Below are positions 14,057-26,418 of a stretch of DNA of 64,000 nt, in pieces. The notes under the pieces were generated by a model, which made no database searches, was not told the DNA's origin, and saw only the letters and a list, made by a program, of their open reading frames with translations. How positions within the stretch are numbered: position 1 is the stretch's first letter; every line of letters begins with the position of its first letter. The position numbers were made by a program, and so were the translations under genes. The stretch is taken from assembly GCA_003344405.1 (NCBI GenBank), contig NOWV01000011.1:1-64000 (forward strand), read 5' to 3'. The DNA is from Trichoplax sp. H2 (taxonomy: Eukaryota).

Positions 14057-16893
14057 CTTGACGCCTTTTACTATAGGCGTACATTCGATAGGAAAGTTTT
14101 CAGGAAAAAAGTTAAAATTAATCGTCTGTTGGATATTTACGCTAGTAGTCAATCGTGAAAAAAAAGTCAATTGCCACCGAGTGGACGTAGCAAAGGCTAA
14201 ATCTAAATCAAAGTCTTTATCAATTTTTAATAGATTACTTAGTATAGGAAGTACTCGACACTCCTTGATTCTAATATAGCAACCAGATAAGTCTGTGTAC
14301 ATGAATTGAAATAAAAGCGTTACTAAGAGGAAAGTAGAATAAATTACTCGACGTCACAATCGACTTGAAAGTAACAATAACAGATATTGTTCAAAGTAGC
14401 ACCATGGCATCGATTATCCTCTCTAACTTGCCCTTGATTGGGTAAAAATGCTTAAACAATTTTAGAATATTATTGTCTTAAACTAAGGACTCGAGCAATG
14501 AGAATGCAGTTGCAATACACTACTTCGTTGTTATTCACTGTTTATGAGCTATGCAAAGTCACATGAAATTATTAAAACTAATGCTCCTGCTGTTGGATTT
14601 TGTCTATATTAAAATTCCATCATTTTCGATAGGAATAGCGTATTATGATGCTTGTCTCTTCGTGAAATTGCTACTATAGAATAGTAGTACTCTAACAGTA
14701 TATCGGTCAACAAATTATAGTAACTGGCTATTGTAAACAAACGTCCACACATAAACTTTATATTCGATTTTTCTTCATTATTTCTGCTATTACTTTATTT
14801 TTAATGCGAACTGTTCTATTTTCATAACTGATGCATGGTCTATTAGCACATTATTTAGCAAGCCATACCGCAGACCACTAGTGTAGTTTACACTAGATCA
14901 TAGTCAATTTACTACTGCATGCTCAATTGTTCATACGCGTATATGGAGAACTGACTTCCATTTGTCTTCTGTTATTATGGCATAAAGGAATTTAGTCACA
15001 GTATATCATCTAAAACTGTATTACAAATGATATAATAGGTTAGTCTATAATGAAACTAATTAAGTTAAAGTTTTATTATCTAGAGTTTGTTTTATAGTTA
15101 TCCTATCGACATACTAATTCACGCCCTTTCATCTCATACTTTCACGTCTCGTAAAATGAATAGCATACTACTCTTATACGGAATAAAACATTGTTTCTGT
15201 GTATATTATAGGCTAAGTCAAAATGACTAGGCTTATCATGTATATGTTGAGGGATTAAGATTTTTAGTAATCTAGTAATAAATGCGTATAATAATGAGCT
15301 CAAATTTGTCAGTCCACATTTTGGAATAAGAAAATGAGATTTCACAAAATTTTAGCAGGGCACAACTCTTCCTTACTGTTATACCTATAGTTCTGTTGTA
15401 CTTTTCAGAATCTTACAAAAAAGCATATCGCAACACTTACATAGCAGGATAATTTTGAATTTTAAATCGAAATGGAAATTATTAACTTACTACTATATAA
15501 AAAAGAGGGAAAATTAAATCAATTTTAACGCCATGTTCACAATTACTCATTCTACGATTATAAGCATGGGTTACTATAAATTAGGAAATGAGTCAATACT
15601 ACTGCAGCCTATAATATTAAAATGAAGATAGCTGTAGTCTATCTCATTTTTATTAATAACCTACCGTTAGGGAGTTTTAAGAAAAATTCAGTGTAGCACA
15701 ATAAGAATTTCAATAGTAAGCTCAGCACAGAGTAAAATAAATTAGGCCAAATGATAGTTTTATTCGTCTCACAAGGTATTTTGTAAATATCCTATCCATA
15801 TGAAATAATGTAGCGTAATGGATACAGCATAAAATTAAGTTAGCTCATTTAACGCAATACTGTACAAATAAATTTCTGTTCATATTATTCAATAAAAAAC
15901 AAATAATTGTCAAAAATTATGGCAGCTAACCATTGCAATAATCCAATAAGATTAGATACATAAATTAAAAGTTTAACAAATCTGCGTCCAGGTTTATCAT
16001 AATTGTGATTCGTATTCCGTATTTAGTAGTATGTATTCGTATACCGTATACAGACATAAAGATACACTGTAAAATAAAATTCATTGAAAAATGATATTAA
16101 AACTGCTATTTTTCTTAATCACCGACATAAAGTAAATAGGGATAGACTAAAGTTATCGACTGATTTAATCCTATTTTCATATCATATCAACACACAATTA
16201 AGCAATATTTGCACCTTATTAGCTGTCGACGTGGTTAAATATATTAAAAAAATTAAGATTACAAAATCCATTATAAAGAAATAACGATACAGATAACGAT
16301 TCGTGCCGTAAATCTGTTAAGGGATCAGACTGACGTACATCCTTTATTTATAAAGCAGTAGTTAATAATCCTCAGGAATTATAGAGTAGTAGTTAATGAA
16401 TGTACTGTATTTAAATGGCAAAAGAATTTATATTGATTAAAGCAACTAACTCAAGATCGATGGTTTAGCTATCTAATTGAACAGATACTAGGTTGGATTG
16501 TAAATGAAATTTGCAATACATGAATTTGAACGGATATGATTTCAAATGATTTGCTATTAGCTGAAAGTTGAATAAAATTTTTAAATAAAAAATCCCTCTG
16601 AGAGTATAAGACGTATTGAATCATTTGCAGCTATACACACACATATCGTAATTTCTCAGGGGCGGTATGCTAAAACCATCTGTTTAGTTTCATACAACGT
16701 AAAATAAATTCACCAAAGTACCATACCATATAACAGTATTAATAGGATATCATGATAAAGAAATATAGGCTAAACTATCCAATCAAGATTTTTGATCCAA
16801 ACATGGTATTACGTTATCTAAATAAGGTAATTACAAATATTAATATAGACTTTTAAAGAGTCACTAACGACTCGTACAATAAATCTCCAATGG

Positions 16894-18633
16894 TCACTTT
16901 GATGCTAATAACTCGTTCATATCTAGTTCGTAGGCTTGATTTTCCTCAATTCGAATGCAATCTGGAGTGTCAGGTTGCCTGAATGTAGGATGGTTGATTA
17001 CTTGAGCCTTTGCTGGATCAGAGTCAGTGATTATCTCGTAAACAGGGTCGGCTCTTAAAGCTTCATCGATAGGAAACCCTAACTTATTCAATCTTCTAAT
17101 TGCCTTTTCCATATAGTGGCGACCTATGATGCTATAGGTGCTTCTAGCTTTTTGCACCACGTCTTTGTATAAATCGCAGGCTAACCTTTCGTCGTTTACC
17201 ATGCCTAAAGCATTCTCGTGCATCCGACCAATATGATAATCTGACCAAGTGGTAGTTCTCTTATTAATTTTCGATGAAAAAAATTGATTTGCCTGTACTG
17301 CCCGGAAGCACTGATTTCCTTTGTTTTGATCACGCATATCAGTCAATTTGCCTCCGAAGTACAACTTTCCCAGCCTATAGTATGCATAGCTTGCAGCATC
17401 ATGATCGCTAGAATCCGCAACAGTGTTATAGTATTGTATTGCTATCGTAATATCAGAGTTTGGAAGCCTATCTTTTTCTACTAACTTGGCGAGACGACAC
17501 ATTGCCATGCTGTAATTCATTTTAGCAGCAATTGCATAATGATGTGCGGCGATCACGAAGTCTTTTTCAACGCCGATACCTTTTTCGTACATAAATCCTA
17601 GTAAAAAATTACCTAATATTTTTCCATCATGATTTTCATAATCAACCGCTGTGACCGCTTTCTCAAAAAGTTCTATCGCTAGTGTAAAATTTTGTCGAAT
17701 CCCTCCTAAGCCATGATAATGTAGTTGACCCAATAAACATAAAGTATCTGCATAAGGGAATCTTGACGACATACCTAAGTAGTTAAAGGCTACGTTATAG
17801 TTATCATCAAGGTCGTCATTTGATGCTTTGGAATAAAAAGCTTGATAACCTAATAAAAATTGAGCACGGGCGTGACCATTTTCAGCAGCCTGAATTAAAT
17901 ATTGTCGGGCTTCCTCAGCTTGCTTACCTATCAGGTTACCGACATGATGAATAATATTGGCAATGTTATAATAGCCGCTGGGATTACCCATATCCCCGGC
18001 TTTTTTAAAGTAATTAGCAGCAGCTTGATATTGCTCTACATCCTTATTCTCATTCAATATCCACAACAAATAGCCATACTCATTGTATAATGTTGGTCTA
18101 TCTTCAATAATTCTATCACGATTGCTTTCAATCAGGCGTTTCTTCGAATGCTTTAATTTCATAATTTCTTTCTTCCATAAAGTCGAGTTTGATATCCTGT
18201 GTTTGAGTTCCTTGTGGGCTGGTGAACTGCATATATCTTTGGATGCTGAATTAACGTACATGGGCACTTTTAATCGTACCAGTTGTTTATCAGAAACGGC
18301 TTTGATCCATAATGCTTTCTGTGATGAAGACTTGCTAACAAATAATTGATAGAGGAGGTATTGCGCGGTAGGATGTTGCTGTTTAGCGGAACGTTGATAG
18401 TATTGAAAGCACTTTTTTAAATCTCTCTTATTCATACCGTATCCATGATGGTAGTAATATCCTAACAACAAATTGGCGTGAGGGTCATCGGTTTGTTCGG
18501 ATAACTCTAAGTTGCGCTTGATAGCATCTTCGTACAAATGATGTAGTATAGATGTGGAAATAAATTGATTTAGGTTTCGACTTTCATCGGGCACAGGATC
18601 GCGCATTTTATAAACTGCCGAAGAATTGCCCAT
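16894..18633 (-). CDS. Sel1-like repeat (SLR) protein, paralog 1, intronless CDS, 579 aa
   Basis: Multiple SLR consensus units (LGYYYHHGYGMNKRDLKKCFQYYQRSA; LGQLHYHGLGGIRQNFTLAIELFEKA; LGFMYEKGIGVEKDFVIAAHHYAIAA). Starts MGNSSA. Polypyrimidine/CAG acceptor at 18767 and candidate GTAAGT donor at 18943 suggest a 5'UTR intron. Confidence 0.9.
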   Translation of the reverse strand: MGNSSAVYKMRDPVPDESRNLNQFISTSILHHLYEDAIKRNLELSEQTDDPHANLLLGYYYHHGYGMNKRDLKKCFQYYQRSAKQQHPTAQYLLYQLFVSKSSSQKALWIKAVSDKQLVRLKVPMYVNSASKDICSSPAHKELKHRISNSTLWKKEIMKLKHSKKRLIESNRDRIIEDRPTLYNEYGYLLWILNENKDVEQYQAAANYFKKAGDMGNPSGYYNIANIIHHVGNLIGKQAEEARQYLIQAAENGHARAQFLLGYQAFYSKASNDDLDDNYNVAFNYLGMSSRFPYADTLCLLGQLHYHGLGGIRQNFTLAIELFEKAVTAVDYENHDGKILGNFLLGFMYEKGIGVEKDFVIAAHHYAIAAKMNYSMAMCRLAKLVEKDRLPNSDITIAIQYYNTVADSSDHDAASYAYYRLGKLYFGGKLTDMRDQNKGNQCFRAVQANQFFSSKINKRTTTWSDYHIGRMHENALGMVNDERLACDLYKDVVQKARSTYSIIGRHYMEKAIRRLNKLGFPIDEALRADPVYEIITDSDPAKAQVINHPTFRQPDTPDCIRIEENQAYELDMNELLASK

Positions 18634-19324
18634 AATAATAACTTGATATCGATGGTGGTGAAGAGATGAACTATCAGCAGGCCTTACAATAATGGTGTGG
18701 TTAATACAGCTGAAGTATTACCTATATAATGGCTACCAATATGCGATTAGGATATTTCAATGTTAACTGAAAGAAAAAAAAAATAAGAGTACTTGTTATT
18801 TTCATATAGAAGATAATAATGTCAAACGTAGACTCTATCGATGGAAGTGTTTCAGTGCTAACAATCAGTGGACAATTTGAACATCATCCTAAGTTATATT
18901 ATTGACTACAATGGCACTCCATATTAGACTTCAAACAACTTACTACGTCGTAAGACAACTGTAGCACCGCATTTTAATGATAAAATATGAACACGAAATG
19001 CTTCAATCTATATTGAATGAATGATCAGTTGGAGGATTAACCAATTACAAAAGGTGGATCATCTCCGGACCATTGAATGATTTGACACGCTTTCAATCGT
19101 TGGCCTAATGTTGGTATAGCATACCGGCAGATTTACACGATGGTCCAATTCATTAGTTTTGATTTCTTAGGCTATTATTTAGGCCTGCAAACTGGCGCTG
19201 TAATTGAATCGGATATTTAGGTCTACTGAATTGAACTCTTCTCGCCTTATTGGATCAGACTGCCGCCACCATTGATCGGCATCGCCTTAATAATTTTTTT
19301 TCAGGAGATTGCAAAGCTGCAACA

Positions 19325-20700
19325 CCTACAGTTCCTGCTGGTACAGTGTAAAGTACTGTACAGGGCAGGACAATCATCATACTGTACAGTACTGTATAGT
19401 ACAGTGCACAGTACAGTACGGTACACTGTACACGACGTTGCAGTACTGTACTGTACTGTACTGTACTGTAGGTAACGAAAGTAGGAAAATACTGTACAGA
19501 CTATCACTATTCTGGAAAATTGCGTTTTAGTAGCAATCTACTGAACAATGCAGTACGGTATACTGTAGTTTATGACACAGCGCTCAGAGCTCATCCCCAT
19601 CAACGATGATTGATTGATTTTAGACCAGTATTTATCAAATACTGTTGTTTCAGTGCTGCCACTGCTTTGCTAGGCATCAGTGGGTTGTATATGGGTCTAA
19701 CTACCAGAGTGGCCTCCTATTCTATCGTCAACCTACTTAGTTTGAACCTATTGATTTACATTGAGTGTACAGAGGTGAAAGGAAAGCCCCTAAAACTGTA
19801 TAGAACCTCTTTTCTTTTCACCGCTACAGTCCTATCCTCTTTGTCACCCTGTACTGTACAGACTGTACTGTACACTGTACAATACAGTACTGTACAGCCT
19901 TGGTACAGAATAGTCAAGTTAATGTACACTGTACAGGTGCAGTACAGTACTACAAGACATCGACCTTCCGAAAGGGCTGTATAGAACCTACAGTATTTTC
20001 TTTTCACCTCTACAGTCCTATCCTCTTTGTCAGCGTGCGCTACTGTACAGTACACTGTACACTGTACAATACAACCTTGGTAGTACAGTACAGTACTGTA
20101 CTGTACAGTACAGAATAGTCAAGTTAAAGTACTACTGTACACTGTACAGTACTACAAGACGTCGACAGTAATGACTCCAAAACTCTGGTGCAGTACTGTA
20201 CTGTACAGTACTACAAGACGTCGGCCTTCCGTAATGACTCCAAAACTCTGGTCCATGACTATTTCTACAGTACTGTACACTGTACTGTACAGTCCATTTC
20301 ATTTCTACTACAGTACAGTACAGTACAGTATAGTGTAGTGTACAGGATTGGAGTACTAATGAATTTATATTGACCATTAATACAGCCTAGGTACAGAAGA
20401 GTCAAGTTAAAGTACTATAGGTGTACTATTACAAGACGTCGACCTTCCAGTAATGACTCCAAAATTCTGGTCTACTGTACAGTACAGTATGACTACAGTA
20501 TTTCTAATGAACTGTACACTGTACTGTACAGTGTACAGTCCATTTCATTTCTACTGTACTACAGTACAGTACAGTACAGGATTGGAGTACTGTACAGTAC
20601 AGTACAGTACAGTACAGTACTTAGACCTGACGTCTGTACTGTACTGTAATTCACGGTAACTCGTGTCTACAGTACAGTACAGTAAACTGCCTACGTCATT
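19325..20700. repeat. Dense mixed-orientation (TACAG/TACTG)n island superimposed on locally duplicated ~180-280 bp segments
   Basis: Backbone motifs recur: AGTCAAGTTAA at about 19912, 20117 and 20400; GTAATGACTCCAAAA at about 20168, 20231 and 20450; AGTCCATTTCATTTCTAC at about 20291 and 20537. Each copy carries different pentamer insertions. Confidence 0.9.
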
Positions 20701-23700
20701 ACTCAAGTTGTGCATTACTGAATTTACAGTACATACTGTTCTGTATATCTCAAGTACGGTGCTGTAAAGGCATAAATTGAGCAAATACTGATGCAAAATG
20801 AAGTCAAAAATTCTCAAATTGAATTCGATGACTGTCATAACAAAATAGTATTATATTATAACTATAATTTATGGATTACAAAGCGCCATGTTCATTTTCG
20901 ATAAGTATGAATCAGTCAAATTCCAACAATAGCACGGTATTCAAGAGCCACAGTAGCATGCGATATTTACTGTACTGTACTGTATATTCCAAGCGTTAAG
21001 CAGTTAATCATAAGTAAACTATCCTATTACGCAGATCGACGCACCGCACTATTAACTAATACTGTATACATACGTTTAAACCAAGCATTACAGACGACCA
21101 ATTACAGACCAGTTATAAATGTCATGCTAGAATTAATATTTTCTTCACTAATGTATACGAGCTAGCATCCAAGCATTGGTGTCCCTATGGCCGCTTTTAA
21201 TTTAAATACGTCAGGTAGATTTATAATTGCACATACGATAAATTAGCACTGTAGAACATAGTTGAAATAGAAACTAATTAAATAGACATTATATACGCAA
21301 TATGATATATATTGAAGTAGAATAAACATAGTCTACGCAAACGAATACTCCTATTCTTAAAGTGTCCTTCAATCCTTTACAGTGATCCCACACCTTTATA
21401 ATTTAGAAATATTGATAGTTGTACCCTAATTGATAGAATTTGCATATTGATCATTGGTATATAAGTACCAAACTTTTATTGAGACAGTAATCATCTCCAA
21501 CGGAAGTTGCCTTGCTAGTATTAAATAAATAAAGTAAATAATTCTTGCCATAAAGGTTGAAATTCATTTTAGTTTATAATATTGCCTACAACATATACCC
21601 TATCGTAAATGCAGCATCGTTTTTTAACTATAGCTTCGATCATAACTTTTCCATTTTTTTTTTATTCTTCTCATACTTATAATCTATTGACTAACTTTGC
21701 ATATGTTTCGAACAAGAAATAATTAACAATACAAACTGTAGCCCATTTTATTAATTTGGCTAAGTTCCTTCGAATACAAGTATACAACACTTTGTATCGC
21801 ATGACAGCTGTGTATTGATGTTAGTCTCTATTGATGATTTATTCTATAATATTTTATTCTAGCAAAGAAACATATTTACATAATAGAATAATCAGTTATT
21901 GATTTAACAATAGCCTCTGTAGTTAGTATAAAATCTGCAAGAATGGCCCTAAAATTATAATTTGATTATTAAACATTTGTATAGTCTTTCTACCGTTTCA
22001 GATTTTAATAACAACATTCAATAAGTCCTCAGGCTCGAAATCAACTTACGGTAGATAAGTAGCTTACAAAACATCCTTCACATTATTTTAATGCAGTATG
22101 TAAAAGCAGAGAACAGCGAATAGATTGCCTCATGCTACTACAGTATAAAGGCATTTCGTCACACAAACAAGACAATACTATATTTTCATTTATTATAGCT
22201 ACTAACACACTGCACTCAACATTTTTACCACTGTTCAAATACCGTATAACGTAAACACCAAATGCCTATAATAATATAATCGATTATCTTCTAAAGAGCT
22301 AACCATCTAGCAATCCTATTTTAACCACTACGATATAATTTCGACTTTATTGTTGGGATTAGGGTAAAAGATTACTGCTAATAACTTAGAATAAAATGCA
22401 CAACCTATCTAGGATTTCAACTATACCGCCATAATCCAAGATTTAACGGGTATTTCAGTAGCTATACACTAAATCAGCAAGATTGAATTTATTCGACTTA
22501 ACACAATTATAGTCAAATCGATTATGATATTTCGTTCCGGTTTTTTTTATTTATTACTCTTTTTTCTTATTCTTGTCCGTATGCTCATGAGATATTCGAT
22601 CATGACTTATTACAAAGTAATAAATTTTCCTGTTAGTGACATCAACCTTTTATACCATGTACTTGTAGGTAGAATTAATCCGATAAATATATCCATTCAT
22701 TGAATGATCAAAGTATGAAATAGGTTACAAGATTATCCTTGTTTAGGAAATGAATAAGTAAAATATCTTCTTGACTTTACTGTACCGTGTAAATTGACTT
22801 TATTTAGCTTACTATTGTAGTATTCTGCTTAAAGCAAAGTTACGCTATCATACAATTAATCAACCTATGCATTCATACATAGGTATATATCAAATCGATG
22901 CTAATAGATGTTAACCCTTACTTCGATACTGCAGATGTCAACATAAACATTCTTTGAATCACCTTGATATTTATTCCATGCTTAATTCATGTCAAGAAAT
23001 ACAGTCTTGCTTATATTATAATCAGATTATTTTACAGTAAAGACATCTTGAATAATGATTAAACTACTAATGGTAATGGACAAAGAAATTTTGACTCTAT
23101 TACTTATTGCTATGCTCCTCACCTTGTAATTTTCGTCCTCAGGGTAAAAGTTTACAATAGAATCTGATGAAGCTGGGAGTGGATAATTATGATTCTTTCT
23201 TTTATTAAGCAACCTGAGACTGATAGCGTTAGATCTCTAGCAAAATTGATAATAATAAACAAATGTTAAACACTCTATAGTAATTAGTTTTAACTCGTAT
23301 TAAACGTAGAGATTACCTGATCAGCTATTACTTTCGCGTTACGAAAGTGAAGTTTTCTATATAAAGATTTCTTACAATTACAGTACTGTATAACATAATA
23401 AATTTATAGCGTTTTTACCTATTACTGTAGTACTCTAGTGTAATTGTCCTTAAGGTAATGATATTTACAGATCCAATAATAATTCTCATTTTATTTCCAC
23501 TAAAAGAGAGGTATCAATGTGATGTGGTATAGTATATATATATACGCATACGTAAACTCGGATACACTAAAATTTTCTACCCTTTGTAAGTCATGGTATG
23601 TTGATGGCAACATCATGAAAGAATCAATACTCAAATAAATATGCATTATTTCTCAAGTAAACCAGATTTCTTTATAACTTTATTGGGAAAACTGACAACA

Positions 23701-26418
23701 TTTCGCTACCATTATAATGATCTTTCGTGATACGAATCAAATTTGCATGGGTATGCTATTGAAAAGAACATGGTCTATCCTTTTGTTGTTACAGCATTGT
23801 TTACAAAAAACCCATAATTTATCTGACGTGCTAGAATAAAATTTTATATAAGTAAATTTAATACCCAAATTTTGCTCATTTTTGGATACGCTCTCTATCT
23901 TCCTGTTAATTTAGTTTAGGAGAGAGTTATTCCAATATCGTCGGAAAACTATAGCGTATGCAATCAATCTTAATTGGTTGGCTTTAATGCTGTCAAAAAA
24001 GATAGCGCATACTTTAGTTACGACAATACTTATGAACTACTAGTAGATAATTATTGTCCAGTTTGCAGAGAATTTGCACCAAGATGTGTGCCAATCCATT
24101 CAGTACGAAATCATATACGATTATACATTTATTATAGCGACATACTCTGAGATGATATCCCTTTCTTCTTTGGCTGCACGGTGACCGGAAATCATGACCT
24201 GGATCATTAAAATATTTTAATTCGGTGTATAGTTACCATAAAGGAGTTATTTTCAGTTGGCCATAACTGCAAACTGATACCGTATCGTACTGTTGAAGTA
24301 CGCTTTTTTTATATACTTATTAATTATGCATACAGTACATAGGTCCATTAGAAATCTAACGTATTTACACAGTACAATTTTAGTACCCAATTCAATGATG
24401 GCAAAAGAGATCTATTCAATTTTCTTGTAAAGGTATATTACTGTACAAAAGGAATTGTTAAGGTTGTTTTACAATCAATAATGCTTTAGCTAGTAACAAG
24501 ATATAGAGTGATACGAGTACGTATATCCCTTGAAAGCAACTTCTATGTTATTTGTCTCTACTCATATAGTACACTATAGAAAATTTGAAGCTAGATGATG
24601 TTAGGTATTCGAGAGAAATGATGCAACTATAACTCTACAGTATATCCCAGTTCTAGTAGGCAATATCCTAGCACTCTAACAGCGTATCAAAACATATGGT
24701 CAACTACAGTACACTATAGACCAAGCTATCCGAAACTTTTGATATCACAGTAATTTAAAATAACAACAACGGAAAATTTTTAATGATAAATTACAATAAA
24801 AGGACACGTTCCAAAATGTTAAAATGCAATTTGTGTAGATGACCTTTATTTTCTATCATAATAGCAGAATATGATTACATATGTCGTTATCGAGATTTAT
24901 AATTACTACAACAAATTTTAAATTTATAAAGATACAAGAACATCGGGGCGATCAATAAGTATATAAGTTACGATATATAACTGCTAATTACATCATCCTT
25001 TGTAAAGTAGATACTCGCAGTAAGTGAAAACCATTATCATTGTAAATGCAGATAACACCGATTTTTAAGAAAACATAAGTCGCGTCGAGGCCAAAATAAT
25101 TTTAAATTGAATGATAAAGAATGTTAGTCTATTATATGATGATAAATTTTTATATTTAAATTTTTACCGTCTACTCAACAACGACATTTTTTTTCAGATA
25201 CTAAAAAGAGATACTGTAGTAGTTGTTAATAATTCAGAATTTGATATTTACGCACACGTAACTCTGAAATTGTTACAGGATGATCTACGAGTGGGTTAGA
25301 ATTTCAACACACCATCATTTCACAACGTTACAACAAAATGTTACAAGCTAATATTCAATGAGCCAAGATAGATGAAGAAGTACGAATTATCAAGTCATAA
25401 CTTTAAAAAATACTAACCTCGACTTGACGGTAGAAAATTGTTTTAATCATTGAATACTATACACTCAAAGGCAGTTAAAATTCACGATGATCGTACAAAT
25501 TCTCAAGTAGATCCCACTATGCATACATAATGTGATAACAACACCAATATGATATAGGCCCGCTTGTTTTCAGCGAAAGCGCATATCTACATTGTTTATT
25601 ATTAAAGTATCGTGTTAGTTTGTAATAGTCAAGTTTAACTGCAACTGATCGACAGCATGCCGATTCTGGCAATAGTCTAGCGGACGAAGTCAAGTCTTGT
25701 ATTGACCGCTAATAAGGGCGATGTTCATTAATTATCAACTTAGCCATCTTAAACTGTATAGACATTGTTACGGTATGTAATCGTTGTGATTTTTAGATCC
25801 TCCGAGATACAAGTACTATTAAAAATTGGATGCCTAACGTGTTACCTTGAGGGGTAACAAATTAAATACCAAATAAAATTATCAACGTGTAATTAAATCT
25901 CTTGCAAGTAGATTTCAATCAATAAGAGTGATAATTAAATCCACGTATGACAGCATCATACAAATTAGCAATTTTATAATTTTGATAAGAAATTAAAATT
26001 GTCCAATCCTGTGAGTTATAACTAAATAAAGAAGAAAACTGCATTACAGGCTAGTCATCGTTTCTAAGTGTAACAAGATTGATGTGTAGAGTAGATTTGA
26101 TTGAAATAATCAATTGAAATGGGGTAACGGCACCAGAACTAAAATTAACAGTTAAAGTCATGTCACATCTTGTAATGTACTAAAAAATAACAAAACTAAT
26201 AACTTAAATTAACATTAAACATCTTCAGTTTCCCTTTCATTTACTGATTAACGATAAGTGTGTTTTCAGTAACAAAAAATGTCCTATCATCACTCTTGTA
26301 TTATTAATTTTTGTAGTTATTAATTTAACCTATATTAGTGCTCGGTAAGTCTTAACTTTAAGTTGAAATCTATTTCATTGAAATTCTAATCACACCTCAT
26401 TTGATAGACTTGATTGAG

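Noticed and set aside
19325-20700. Interstitial telomeric repeat or ordinary slippage microsatellite
   Set aside because: Units switch strand orientation within runs and appear at TA sites without an adjacent template. Slippage may still extend some runs secondarily.
19272-20838. Many overlapping Y/C/T/V/Q/S-rich ORFs (also 29077-29316, 35944-36147, 59313-59510)
   Set aside because: Artefacts of stop-poor TACAG/TACTG pentamer runs on both strands.
21000-26400. Hidden gene or RNA gene in the long spacer between SLR-1 and SLR-2
   Set aside because: No convincing exon chain, tRNA or rRNA pattern seen by eye; small exons or lncRNAs cannot be excluded.
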